Below are positions 29,101 through 37,900 of a stretch of DNA of 64,000 bases, piece by piece; the first letter of the stretch is position 1; every line of letters starts with the position of its first letter. The notes below the pieces were generated by a model. That model had not been told where the DNA came from. It searched no databases and saw only the letters and a program-made list of their open reading frames with translations. The stretch lies in assembly GCA_964203275.1 (NCBI GenBank), contig CAXNMF010000014.1, positions 37,828 through 101,827 on the forward strand, read 5' to 3'. The DNA is from Burkholderiales bacterium (GTDB lineage Bacteria; Pseudomonadota; Gammaproteobacteria; Burkholderiales; SG8-41). Both the position numbers and the translations under genes were made by a program.

Positions 29101-31132
29101 GTTGCTCCAGCCAGCGATTCATGACGCGCTCGACGGCCCAGGCGACTTCACCCAGTGCGTCGAGCCCCACCATGCGTCCACTGCCTTTCAGTGTGTGGAA
29201 ACCGCGACGAATGATGACCAGCGCCTCTGCATCGGCACAATTTCTGCGGCAGGTGGGCAGTGCTGTATTGATATCAGCGAATACGCTTTGCGCTTCTTCA
29301 AGAAATACGCCAAGTAGTTCGTTGTCGGCGGCGAATTGTTGCGTTTCCGGTTGTCGAGCAGGAAGTTCGCTGGTAACCGGAATGACCTTGGCGGGTGCGT
29401 CGGCGATTGACGGTGCAATAGCAGCCGCCTGCTGCAGGGTAATGCGGGCTTCGATCCGCTGAAAGAACATGTCCAGCGCGCTGTCGGCGGGCGCGAGTCC
29501 GCGCAAGCACGGGTCCAGGAAAAAGCCCAGGCTGGTGAGGCCCTCAACAACGATCTCAAGATCGCTTTCGGTCCAGTTCGGGTCCGACTGCGCGCAACGC
29601 GCAATGAGCTTGTTGCACTGTGACTGGATTTCAGCGGCACGGTCGAACCCGAGTATCGACAGCGCACCGTGGATCTGCTTGAGCAGCGGTGACAATGCGG
29701 CAAGGGTGGAAACACGGCTGTGATCGCGTGCGTAGCTGTCGAGAACCTGCTCGACCTGTTGCAGGTTGCTGGAAATTTCACGCGCAACCTGGGTTTGAAG
29801 TTTCAGCCGGCTGACTTCCTGGCTGAGGTCTTCGCGAAGCCCTTCCGGAATCGCACCACCCGATTTGCCCTTGACCGCGTCGAGCAGCCACCCGCCCATG
29901 ATTTCGACCTGTGTGCCGAGGTCTGGCGGCGTATCGGTGAAGTTCTCGATGATGTTTTCGATCAGCAGAAAAGCCGATGCCATTTCCGTGATCATCAACT
30001 GACTTTGCCGCGGATACGGATTGGGCAGGCGCGCCGATACCATGGCCACGACATCGACCATGCGGATCATCTGCATGTTGCCCAGATCGTGAATCTTGGT
30101 CTTCAGCGCCGCGACCGAGTCGCGCAAACGGGGCAGCGCAGCGGCATCCCCCGAAACGTAAGCGACCCACAGATCCTTGACGGCCTGTACGCGTGCGCGC
30201 ACATCGCCGAGCGCCGGTCCGAGCCAGTCCATGTCGAATTCCATCAGACCCGGAAGATCGGGTTCCGGAAACAGGCAGTCGAGCTGGTAAAGCTGGCGGA
30301 TATCGCGGATGCGCGGAGTGGCAGCCTTGCTCTTGCCGATGGCGTAGAGGACATCACGAAGAATCTGATCCTGTTCCGGTACGCCGCCTTTGGCGAGGTC
30401 ACGCATGCGCAAATCGAGCTTGGCGCACAAGGCCTTCGCGCCAGCGCTCCACGGGTCTTTTGGTGCGGCATGCAGCAGACCATCGAGCAATCCCGTGGCG
30501 GCCCACCACAGTGAACGCGGCGGAGGCAGTTGCGCCGCAAGCATGTCAAGGGCTTCGAGCGCATGGCGCATGTCTTTGAGCCCATCGCGGTTTTCCGGAT
30601 CGCGCAGCACCGCGAGCAGACCGCGCTGGAAGCGTGAGCGCTGGGTCGTCAGGATTGATGGCAGTTTCGGCGCGGCTACGGCGGTGGCTGCCGGATGTGC
30701 CGGCGCCATGGGTGTGAGATCGGGGAAAAACAGGTCTTTTTCCGACACATCCTTTCTGCCGTGCAGGGTCGAGATCTCGCGATACACCGGAAACAGTTTG
30801 ATCGGGGCATTCGCTTCGCCCTTGGCCAGTCCATCAATGAATTCTTTCAGCGCCAATACCGCGCGGTCGAGCGTACCCACCGCTGATGTGCGCGGTTCTG
30901 CGGTAACGTCAGAGAAGGCGTGTTCCATTGATTCACAGAAACCAACCACGCCGTTCAGGCCGAGGATGTTCATCGCGCCGGTAACCTGATGAAGTTGCCG
31001 GGGGCACTGCTCAAGCAGCGTGATCTCATCGGGACGCGACATGAATTGCGCGATGTTTTCCCTCACGGATTTGAGGGCGAAATCCACTTCCGGTTTGACC
31101 CAGGACAGCGGCGGAGCGAGCGGGGTAGGCAT
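26117..31132 (-). CDS. chpA: Type IV pilus chemosensory CheA-like hybrid kinase (multiple Hpt, HATPase, CheW, REC)
   Basis: Two FHTLKGS/LHTLKGS Hpt motifs, FDPLEFDRYT, EHLLRNAIGHGIE, SGRGVGMDVV, C-terminal receiver (VVDDS...DIEMPRMDG...KP). Confidence 0.93.
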   Translation of the reverse strand: MPTPLAPPLSWVKPEVDFALKSVRENIAQFMSRPDEITLLEQCPRQLHQVTGAMNILGLNGVVGFCESMEHAFSDVTAEPRTSAVGTLDRAVLALKEFIDGLAKGEANAPIKLFPVYREISTLHGRKDVSEKDLFFPDLTPMAPAHPAATAVAAPKLPSILTTQRSRFQRGLLAVLRDPENRDGLKDMRHALEALDMLAAQLPPPRSLWWAATGLLDGLLHAAPKDPWSAGAKALCAKLDLRMRDLAKGGVPEQDQILRDVLYAIGKSKAATPRIRDIRQLYQLDCLFPEPDLPGLMEFDMDWLGPALGDVRARVQAVKDLWVAYVSGDAAALPRLRDSVAALKTKIHDLGNMQMIRMVDVVAMVSARLPNPYPRQSQLMITEMASAFLLIENIIENFTDTPPDLGTQVEIMGGWLLDAVKGKSGGAIPEGLREDLSQEVSRLKLQTQVAREISSNLQQVEQVLDSYARDHSRVSTLAALSPLLKQIHGALSILGFDRAAEIQSQCNKLIARCAQSDPNWTESDLEIVVEGLTSLGFFLDPCLRGLAPADSALDMFFQRIEARITLQQAAAIAPSIADAPAKVIPVTSELPARQPETQQFAADNELLGVFLEEAQSVFADINTALPTCRRNCADAEALVIIRRGFHTLKGSGRMVGLDALGEVAWAVERVMNRWLEQHRPATSALLDLIESATAALTEWTSALSEKRPVAIDGQDLIQAATILQNAPETVAAPAPAGDPDEVCLGNIRISRTFFEIYRKEAQQHVATLESEIQALCDAPGRTATDALEIAAHTLASISRTAGLSSPADLAMRIEQCLPQARLLNAEADLQLLQQAVAKLREMLDDITQQQAPRLADVLITDLDALNRRLQSAPSPAQPAAALISDTPIPAVIADSVIEPVDDAALVRAAAALTAQDQRLIRDDIDAELLPMFLEEAQELLPQISRELRNWREAPADSQTPLALQRALHTLKGSARMAGAMRLGELAHMMETRLEAAIATGNPGSAQLEEVENHVDRLADGIEYLRGLDLPAAKRESAATAEDSLCDAAPAPALRAEPPPQIAAALRINADALDRLINDAGEVGIARSRIEGELRNARLSLSELNESMLRLKNQLRELELQADSQMQSRRSVIAADRPEFDPLEFDRYTRLQELTRMMAESLHDLSTVQQTLMRDLGGIDSAVLHQARVGRELQQGLMRTRTIPFATLEERLYRIARQTARELDKKIHLDISDSHIELDRSVLERIGAPLEHLLRNAIGHGIESAAARQAAGKPETGEISIALRQESNEIAIVIRDDGAGLDLEKLRARGIEKGLLDPARAASPEELGELIFAPGVSTAESVTELSGRGVGMDVVRSEITAIGGHIETSTVGGKGTAFSIFLPLTLAVAQAVLVRAGSGIFAISSAMIEQVIRVQPDALETARREGKVQHRDNDYPLHVLGALLGEPAAPATQDYSTLLLLRSGLQRIALHVDELLRNQEIVVKHLSPQLVRVPGVTGATVLGDGRVVLIINPVPLTQRAAPAVRAPATQEENSAAANTPTVMVVDDSLTVRKITSRLLEREGYQVMTAKDGIDALEQMKNRLPDLMLVDIEMPRMDGFELSSRVRQDSRSASVPIVIISSRTAEKHRNRAQQIGVNAFLGKPYQETELMAQLTQYAPLVEEDQQQPVAAAA

Positions 31133-31177
31133 GGCGGCAGGCCTTTTGTGCGAGTTCAGGACTTGCGATGTCTTTGG

Positions 31178-33301
31178 TCAGGCAAGTTTGAAACCGGAAA
31201 CCGAGTGTTTGAGTTCGGTCGCCAGCGTGATCAACTCTCTCGCCGAGTGCGCGGTCTTCTGCGTGCCCGCCGTGGTGAGCTGCGTGATATTGAGAATGCC
31301 CTTCATGCTGGCGGCCACCTGCGCGGCAGATTTGGCCTGTTCCTGCGTGGCATTCGAGATCGCACCGATCAGTTCGGCGAGCCGGGTCGAAACTGCTTCA
31401 ATCTCGTGCAGCGCCTGTCCGGCTTCGTCGGCCACTTTTGCGCCTTCCACCACACCCTGGGTGCTGCGCTCCATGGCCTCCACGGTGTTCTGGGTGTCCT
31501 GCTGAATGCTTTTGACGATTTCGGTGATGTGTTTGGTCGCCTCGGCAGAACGTTCGGCCAGGCGCTGCACCTCCTCCGCAACTACCGCAAAGCCGCGACC
31601 GGCTTCGCCCGCCGAGGCCGCCTGAATCGCAGCATTCAGCGCAAGCACGTTGGTTTGTTCGGTGATGCCGGTAATCAACTGCACGATTTCGCCGATTTCC
31701 TGCGAACTTTCGCCAAGGCGTTTGATGCGCTTGGAAGTTTCCTGGATCTGTTCGCGGATTTCGTCCATGCCGCGAATTGCATTCTGCACCGCCTGCGAGC
31801 CTTTTTCTGCAGCGCTGAGCGAGTTCTGCGCGACCTTTGCCGATTGTGTGGCGTTGTCCGAGACCTGGTTGATGGACTGTGCGATCAACAGCACCGACTG
31901 TCCGGTCGACTGGATTTCCGCGGACTGTTTCTGATTGGCTGTGAGCAGCTGGTTGGCGATTTTCTGCGCGTTGCCGGTGGCGTGGGTCACCTGATCTGCC
32001 GCCCGCGTGATGCCGCTGACAAGGCCGCGAACCTGTTCGATCGTGAAATTGATCGAGTCGGCAATGGCGCCTGTCACATCCTCTGTAACCTTCGCCTGCA
32101 CAGTCAGGTCGCCATCGGCCACCTTGCCCATTTCATCAAGCAGACGCAGGATGGCTTCCTGATTACGCCGGTTTTCCTCTTCACTCTGCAACGCGCGACG
32201 GCGTGCGTCGTCCAGAAAGACCCGGCCGAGAAGAAACAGGCAACACAACGCGAGCAGTGCAAACACCAGGGCGCCAACAAAATAGAGATTCTGCAGCGTC
32301 GAATGCATCTGGTAGAGCGCGGTCAGTTGCACCGGCTGGCGGAGCAGGCTTTCGCTGGCGGCATACACTTCACGACTGCCCTGTTTTGCGCGGGCAAGGT
32401 CCGCCATCGAAGCAATGATGGTCTGAACGCCATTGGCAAATGGCGAGAATACCTTGTTCAGTTCTTCAGCTTTACTCCGTGCCACGGGATTGCTGATCGC
32501 GCGTACACCGCTGTTATCGCCCGAAATGCCGAGGAGTGCATTCAACGTACGCTGGTACTGCCGGGTGTTGCTGCCGAGATTCAGCGCGACTTGCGGGTTC
32601 GGGTTTTCAGTCGACAACTGGCGCAGCGCATTGATGAAATCGAAGTTTGTCACGTCCGCATGCAACTGGCGGGCAAAGGTGACGGTGCTGTAGGGTTCCC
32701 GGCCGTCAATCGCGGCCACTGCTAGTTGCTGCGCAAGCAGCGATAGCTCGGGCGCGGCCTTCTGGATGGTGGCCTCGAGTTTCTTCAGTTCAGTCAGTCC
32801 GCGCTGCTGGCCGAGGATCAGGCTGATGTTTTTCTCAACCGGCGCCCATTCTTTTGCAAGTTGCGCCAATGCGCTCTGGGCCGAATCCGGCGAGGAGGCA
32901 ACCGAGACCCCGCTACGCTCACCGCCGTCCTGCAGTAGACGCAGATCGGCGGTGAATTGATCACGGCTTTCCCGTAACTGTGGAAATGCGGATGGCACGC
33001 CCTGCGCCGCCTGCTGCGCGCTGTTGGCCATGCGCTGCGACAGCATCTGCATTTCGGTCGCGGTCGATACATAAACGGCTTTTTGCGCAGCCTCGCGGTT
33101 GTGCAGCGCGACCAGCAATGCGGCCGTGAGCAGCAGTCCGGCGAGCAAGGCCAGCAGCATCTGGAACTGGCGCGCGACCGGCCATTGTCCGATGACCGGA
33201 AGGCTTCGGGCGATGGATTGCGTGACGGGTCGTGATCCCGTTGCGGCAGACCCGGCTTCGCTGAAGAATTTGCGGAATGACAGCGCTTGCAGAATTTTCA
33301 T
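31178..33301 (-). CDS. pilJ: Methyl-accepting chemotaxis protein PilJ
   Basis: Two TMs, [16 protein letters not shown] domain, [30 protein letters not shown]. Confidence 0.93.
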   Translation of the reverse strand: MKILQALSFRKFFSEAGSAATGSRPVTQSIARSLPVIGQWPVARQFQMLLALLAGLLLTAALLVALHNREAAQKAVYVSTATEMQMLSQRMANSAQQAAQGVPSAFPQLRESRDQFTADLRLLQDGGERSGVSVASSPDSAQSALAQLAKEWAPVEKNISLILGQQRGLTELKKLEATIQKAAPELSLLAQQLAVAAIDGREPYSTVTFARQLHADVTNFDFINALRQLSTENPNPQVALNLGSNTRQYQRTLNALLGISGDNSGVRAISNPVARSKAEELNKVFSPFANGVQTIIASMADLARAKQGSREVYAASESLLRQPVQLTALYQMHSTLQNLYFVGALVFALLALCCLFLLGRVFLDDARRRALQSEEENRRNQEAILRLLDEMGKVADGDLTVQAKVTEDVTGAIADSINFTIEQVRGLVSGITRAADQVTHATGNAQKIANQLLTANQKQSAEIQSTGQSVLLIAQSINQVSDNATQSAKVAQNSLSAAEKGSQAVQNAIRGMDEIREQIQETSKRIKRLGESSQEIGEIVQLITGITEQTNVLALNAAIQAASAGEAGRGFAVVAEEVQRLAERSAEATKHITEIVKSIQQDTQNTVEAMERSTQGVVEGAKVADEAGQALHEIEAVSTRLAELIGAISNATQEQAKSAAQVAASMKGILNITQLTTAGTQKTAHSARELITLATELKHSVSGFKLA

Positions 33302-33365
33302 GTTGAACCCCGGTTTTGCATGTAATGGTTATGACGGTTAATTAATGGTTATCGAGCCGTGGCGT

Positions 33366-33872
33366 TCACGCGCCGACCTGCAGAAAGTCGGGATGCGCAA
33401 TGAGCCGGCGTACACCGAGATGCAGCCAAGGCTGTGAACGTTCATCGATGACCCGCGCATCGGCCCACGGCGATGCATCATCACCACCGACAGACTGCAA
33501 TTGATCGTCGCGGTACAGGCCGAGAATGCGATCGACCAGCAGCCCGCTGAAAATGCGGTATTTGTCGGCGAGCAGCAGCAGGCGCGATTGCTCGCCGGGC
33601 ACCGTGGCAATACCTTCGGTGAATCCGCGAAAATCGACCACGCTGTAGAGGTTGCCGCGGACGCTGGTGACGCCGAGAAACCAGTTTATTGTCAGAGGCA
33701 CCTGCGCCAGTGCGGGAGCTGGAATGACTTCGGCGGTGTCGGCAAGATCGATCAGCCAGCGGGTCGAGCCCACTTGGACGCCGAGTTTGGAAGCCGACTG
33801 GGCGGCATCCGGATTGACCAGACGCGCCGAAAGCGTGCGTTGGTAGTCGCGCAGCGAGGACGAGGTTGTCAT
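33366..33872 (-). CDS. pilI: CheW-like adaptor PilI
   Basis: VPLT..WFLGV.SVRGNLYSVVD and GLLVD motifs, located between pilH and pilJ. Confidence 0.88.
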   Translation of the reverse strand: MTTSSSLRDYQRTLSARLVNPDAAQSASKLGVQVGSTRWLIDLADTAEVIPAPALAQVPLTINWFLGVTSVRGNLYSVVDFRGFTEGIATVPGEQSRLLLLADKYRIFSGLLVDRILGLYRDDQLQSVGGDDASPWADARVIDERSQPWLHLGVRRLIAHPDFLQVGA

Positions 33873-33873
33873 G

Positions 33874-34239
33874 TCAGCCCAGCGACGAAATCTTGGACAG
33901 CAGATCAGACTGCGTGATCGGCTTGACGACGTAATCCCGCGCACCCTGCCTCAGTCCCCAGACCTTGTCTGTTTCCTGGCCCTTCGATGAACAGATGATG
34001 ACCGGGATGTGACGTGTGCCGTCATCCCGTGTCAGCGCACGTGTGGCCTGGAAGCCATTTTGGCCAGGCATCACGATGTCCATCAGCACGAGGTCGGGCT
34101 GCAGTTGTCTGGCCTTGTTCAGTCCGTCAACAGCACTGTCGGCGCCGTAGACCTGGTAACCGTTTTTGACCAGCATGTCGGTGAGGTGCTGGCGGTCGGT
34201 TGCGGAATCGTCTACGACGAGGATGTTCTTGATGGGCAT
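33874..34239 (-). CDS. pilH: Single-domain response regulator PilH
   Basis: VVDDS, MDIVMPGQNGFQATR, KGQETDKVWG.RQGA.DY.VKP. Confidence 0.92.
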   Translation of the reverse strand: MPIKNILVVDDSATDRQHLTDMLVKNGYQVYGADSAVDGLNKARQLQPDLVLMDIVMPGQNGFQATRALTRDDGTRHIPVIICSSKGQETDKVWGLRQGARDYVVKPITQSDLLSKISSLG

Positions 34240-34266
34240 GTTGATTTCTCCTGCGGGGATTAGTGG

Positions 34267-34668
34267 TCAGGCGGGGACAGCGTTCCGGGTGTAATCCATG
34301 ACTGCGCTGATCAGGCCGTCCTTGTTGAAGGGTTTGGTCAGATAGCGGTCTGAGCCGGCGAGGCGGCCGCGCGCACGATCAAAAAGGCCGTCCTTGCTCG
34401 ACAGCATGATGACGGGTGTGCTGCGGTAAACAGGGTTCTGCTTGATCAGTGCGCAGGTCTGGTAACCATCAAGCCGGGGCATCATGACATCGACAAAAAT
34501 GATGCTGGGCTGGTGATCGCTGATTTTCGAAAGGGCATCAAAACCATCCTCGGCGAGAATGACTTCATAGCCCGCCTGACGCAGGAAAAGCTCTGCGCTG
34601 CGCCGGATGGTGTTGCTGTCGTCAATGATCAGTACCTTGACGCCGTCGTGTTCTGCTGTTGCGCTCAT
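34267..34668 (-). CDS. pilG: Single-domain response regulator PilG
   Basis: IDDSNTIRRSAE, MPRLDGYQTCALIK, MLSSKDGLFDRARGR. GGGAG RBS. Confidence 0.93.
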   Translation of the reverse strand: MSATAEHDGVKVLIIDDSNTIRRSAELFLRQAGYEVILAEDGFDALSKISDHQPSIIFVDVMMPRLDGYQTCALIKQNPVYRSTPVIMLSSKDGLFDRARGRLAGSDRYLTKPFNKDGLISAVMDYTRNAVPA

Positions 34669-34693
34669 ACCCCGATCTCCCTGTGCAAATCGT

Positions 34694-34884
34694 AAAGACA
34701 AGCGGGCTTGCGCATGTGCCCGCCGCAATGCGGTATCCGGCTGCTTTTTGTTGTTCAGTGCCGAGCCAGGGGTGACTCACGCGTGCCGCCGATTGATGTC
34801 GCCGGGTTTCGTTGAACCCGTTCGGATCGACTCGTGGTTTGCATACGCGCCGCGTTTTGAAGCGGCGCATGTGAAGGACCCCTG
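34694..34884 (-). promoter_or_regulatory. Candidate structured 5' leader of the pilGHIJ-chpA operon
   Basis: Long-range 23-nt imperfect stem, a competing hairpin, an inner hairpin and a hairpin followed by a U-rich tract (see findings). Confidence 0.35.
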
Positions 34885-35078
34885 TTTCAGATACGCGGCC
34901 TAAGTTACTGATGGCCGTTAAGCTGCACAAACCTAACAAACTGATAAGTTCGTGCGGATTCCGAAGTCAGGAGGGATATAAAAAGTACAATTAATACAAC
35001 CGGTTGTGATGATATTGCAGACAACACATTTTGTTTGCGTGGTCATTCTGCAGATCCAAATCTATTTCACAAAATAGA

Positions 35079-36020
35079 TTATGTTGACCACCAGTGCCGG
35101 ACGATATGAAAGTAAACCGGTGCCGCAAAACACACTGAAGCGACACGATCCAGCATGCCGCCGCCTTCAATGTTGCCGCCCCAGTCTTTGACGCCGCGAT
35201 CACGCTTCATCGCCGACAACACAAGGCCGCCGAAAAATCCCATCAGCGTGGTGGCCAGTGATACCAGAGCGGCTTCGCCGGGCGAGAACGGTGTCATCCA
35301 TGAAAGCAGCGCGCCCAAAACGACAGCCGTGGCGATGCCGCCGACAAAACCCTCGACGGTCTTGCTTGGCGATACCTGCGGCGCAATCTGGTGTTTGCCA
35401 AAGAGCCTGCTGCAGATGTGGTGAAGAATGTCGCCGCCCTGAACGATCAGCACCAGGAACACGATCAGGAATGCATTGCGATGCTCATGACCGGGGATTT
35501 GGAGATTGAGCAACGCTGGTATGTGTGAAATGCAGAACACCGTGACCATCAGGCCCCACTGGATGGTGCCGGTGCGTTCCATGAAGTTGCGTGTGTCCGA
35601 CTTCACTGCAGACAGGATCGGAAGGAACAGAAAGGCGTAGACAGGAATGAACACCTCATAAAAATCGTGCCATTCCACGCCGATCAGGAAATACTGGAAG
35701 GGCAGCGCCACAAAAAACGCCATCACCAGCGACTGGTGATCGCCGCGCCGTGTCGGCGCGATGGTCAGGAATTCACGTAGCGCGGTAAATGAAACGAAAG
35801 CAAACAGCACCACGACCCCGATGCGCCCTGCGAGCAATGCCAGCCCGATGGTGATGGTCATTGCCCACCAGGCCTGGATGCGCAGGTTCATGTTGTCGAT
35901 CAGTGCGTGTGGCCGTCCTTCCGCGCGCACAAGCTTGAGCCATGCGCCCAGCGCGGATACCGCGATCAACAGCGTGAATACGCCGGCGGCAATCAGCAGG
36001 GTGCCCTGGAAATGAGTCAT
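35079..36020 (-). CDS. Phosphatidate cytidylyltransferase family protein (YnbB-like)
   Basis: FGKH.IAP.VSPSKTVEG, KRDRGVKDWG, GGMLDR. Polytopic membrane protein. Confidence 0.9.
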   Translation of the reverse strand: MTHFQGTLLIAAGVFTLLIAVSALGAWLKLVRAEGRPHALIDNMNLRIQAWWAMTITIGLALLAGRIGVVVLFAFVSFTALREFLTIAPTRRGDHQSLVMAFFVALPFQYFLIGVEWHDFYEVFIPVYAFLFLPILSAVKSDTRNFMERTGTIQWGLMVTVFCISHIPALLNLQIPGHEHRNAFLIVFLVLIVQGGDILHHICSRLFGKHQIAPQVSPSKTVEGFVGGIATAVVLGALLSWMTPFSPGEAALVSLATTLMGFFGGLVLSAMKRDRGVKDWGGNIEGGGMLDRVASVCFAAPVYFHIVRHWWST

Positions 36021-36679
36021 GTCTCGGGCGGCCGCGCCGCATTCATTGTGGCGAGCAGGGCATCACGGATGCGCGCGAGGAATGCATCCTTGCCCTCGCC
36101 TTCCTGGATTCGCAGGGGAGCGCCGAAACTGATCGAGCACAGCAAGGGCACCGGTACGATTTCGCCCTTGGGCAGCAGGCGGCCCAGATTGTCCATCCAC
36201 ACCGGCACCAGGTCGATGTGCGGACACTTTTGCGCAAGGTGGTAGATGCCGCTCTTCATCGGCAGCAACCGTTCTTCGGTGGTGTTGCGGGTGCCTTCAG
36301 GGAACAGAATGAGCGAATCGCCGCTTTCCAGTGCAGCCGCCATCACATCCACTGGTTCTACCGTGCTGCCTTCACGGCCGCGTTCAATGACCACGCCGTG
36401 CAGCACTTCATGAATGATGTAACGGCGCAGTGGACTGGCGTTCCAGTAGTCCGCGCCGGCAACCGGGCGTGTTATCCGCCGCAGCGGCGTGGGCAGAGAG
36501 GCCCAGATCAATGCGAAATCGGCGTGACTGTTGTGGTTGCCGAAATAGATGCGCTGCACCGGCACCGGCGCGCAACCAAGCCAGCGCGCCTGGGCGCCGG
36601 TGATCAGCCGGGTAAAGCGCGTCAGCGCCCAGGATGCGGCCTCGGGCACGGGGCGCTGCATGAAATGGTTCGGGTACAT
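36017..36679 (-). CDS. Lysophospholipid (PlsC-like) acyltransferase
   Basis: NHNSHAD (HX4D), FPEGTR and KSG motifs. Start uncertain (36679 or 36661). Stop overlaps the next start. Confidence 0.88.
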   Translation of the reverse strand: MYPNHFMQRPVPEAASWALTRFTRLITGAQARWLGCAPVPVQRIYFGNHNSHADFALIWASLPTPLRRITRPVAGADYWNASPLRRYIIHEVLHGVVIERGREGSTVEPVDVMAAALESGDSLILFPEGTRNTTEERLLPMKSGIYHLAQKCPHIDLVPVWMDNLGRLLPKGEIVPVPLLCSISFGAPLRIQEGEGKDAFLARIRDALLATMNAARPPET

Positions 36680-36895
36680 CCTCTCCGGGTGGTCGGTCCG
36701 CGGGTTGTTGTGATTGTCAGTGGCTGTTACGCGGTTCGCGCATTGTAGACGAGCAGTGGACCCTGCGTGGAGGGCCTGCACCGCGTTGACACTGGCGCGG
36801 CGGCATTTGGTATAGTGCCCAGCGCCATTCCGCCCCGGCATTATTGCTGCGGTCGCGGTCATCCCGGTTACCCATCATTAATACTCGGAGGAATC

Positions 36896-37324
36896 ATGTC
36901 GAAAATCACCCTGCAGCAGGCCAACACCCTTATTGAAAAAGCCTTCGCCAAGGCGAAGGAAATGAAAGTGAACCCGCTGGCCGTTGTGGTGCTCGATCCT
37001 TCCGGTCATATCGTTGCCGCGCAGCGTCAGGACAATGCGTCGATGTTCCGTTTTGATGTGGCACTGGGCAAAGCCTGGGGCGCAGTCGCGATGGGTGCTT
37101 CAAGCCGCGCGCTGGCCGGCCGTGCCAAGGAAAACCCCAATTTCATGATCACGCTGGCGGCAACGGCCCAGGGCAAGTTTCTGCCGCAGACCGGCGCCGT
37201 GCTGATCAAGGATGCCGCGGGCAATATTGTGGGTTCTGCCGGCGCCAGTGGCGGTACCGGTGATGAAGATGAAGCCTGCTGCGCTTATGGCGCCGAACAG
37301 GCCGGTCTCAAGGCCGTGATCTGA
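36896..37324 (+). CDS. GlcG/HbpS family heme-binding protein
   Basis: AVVVLD.SG, R.D.A, A.GKA, G.AGASGGTGDEDEAC. GGAGG RBS. Confidence 0.88.
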   Translation: MSKITLQQANTLIEKAFAKAKEMKVNPLAVVVLDPSGHIVAAQRQDNASMFRFDVALGKAWGAVAMGASSRALAGRAKENPNFMITLAATAQGKFLPQTGAVLIKDAAGNIVGSAGASGGTGDEDEACCAYGAEQAGLKAVI

Positions 37325-37342
37325 ATCACTGAAATACACAAT

Positions 37343-37396
37343 CCGTTCGCCCTTAGCTTGTCGAAGGGCGGGCTTCGACAGGCTCAGCCCGAACGG
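37343..37396. repeat. REP-like palindromic element (CTTCGACAGGCTCAG type)
   Basis: CCGTTCGCCCTTAGCTTGTCGAAG-GGCGGG-CTTCGACAGGCTCAGCCCGAACGG, an imperfect 54-nt hairpin. Confidence 0.85.
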
Positions 37397-37441
37397 TGGC
37401 TTGTTTCGGGCGTCCGCCTAGACGTAGAACAGGAGCCGTTC

Positions 37442-37897
37442 ATGGCAGCAGAAGCAGAAACCAAGACCAAGGGCGCCATCAAGGGCGGCAACGGCAAGTT
37501 CATTTTCCAGATGATGGAGATGGACAAGATTGAAGCCGGTACCGGCTATTCCACCGCGATGGGCCCGGTGATTGAGGGCGAACGCATGCAATGTACGCTG
37601 GTGACCAAGGAAAAAGGCACCGGTTCGCGCCCGCATCTGCATCCGAATGAACAGTGGAATTACATCGTCAAGGGCCAGATGCGGGTCAAGGTCGGCGACG
37701 GCCCCGAGCAGATCTGCGGTCCCGGCACGCTGCTGTATTTTCCGGCGAACATCGTGCATTACACGATCGCGATGCCGGAAGAGGATGCAATGTTTTTTGC
37801 AGTGAAGGATCTGTCGCACGGCATCATCGGCAAGGCCGCCGACGGCACCATGGCTGGCGGGTACTACGACCCCGGCCTCGGTCCGAAGACGGCGTAA
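37442..37897 (+). CDS. Cupin domain protein
   Basis: PHLHPNEQ and PANIVH metal-binding motifs. AGGAG RBS. Confidence 0.88.
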   Translation: MAAEAETKTKGAIKGGNGKFIFQMMEMDKIEAGTGYSTAMGPVIEGERMQCTLVTKEKGTGSRPHLHPNEQWNYIVKGQMRVKVGDGPEQICGPGTLLYFPANIVHYTIAMPEEDAMFFAVKDLSHGIIGKAADGTMAGGYYDPGLGPKTA

Positions 37898-37900
37898 TTC

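Noticed and set aside
30989-32725. 578-aa plus-strand ORF
   Set aside because: Typical antisense shadow of an MCP gene (pilJ).
34767-34884. pilG leader as 6S RNA or c-di-GMP-I riboswitch
   Set aside because: There is a loose resemblance (TGCAAACCACGAGTC), but the GGCAAAC and GNRA-tetraloop features and the 6S central bubble are not evident. Kept only as an unclassified candidate.
37358-37441. N-terminal extension MSKGGLRQAQPER of the cupin ORF
   Set aside because: It is a translation of the REP-like hairpin. The real start is ATG 37442 with an AGGAG RBS.
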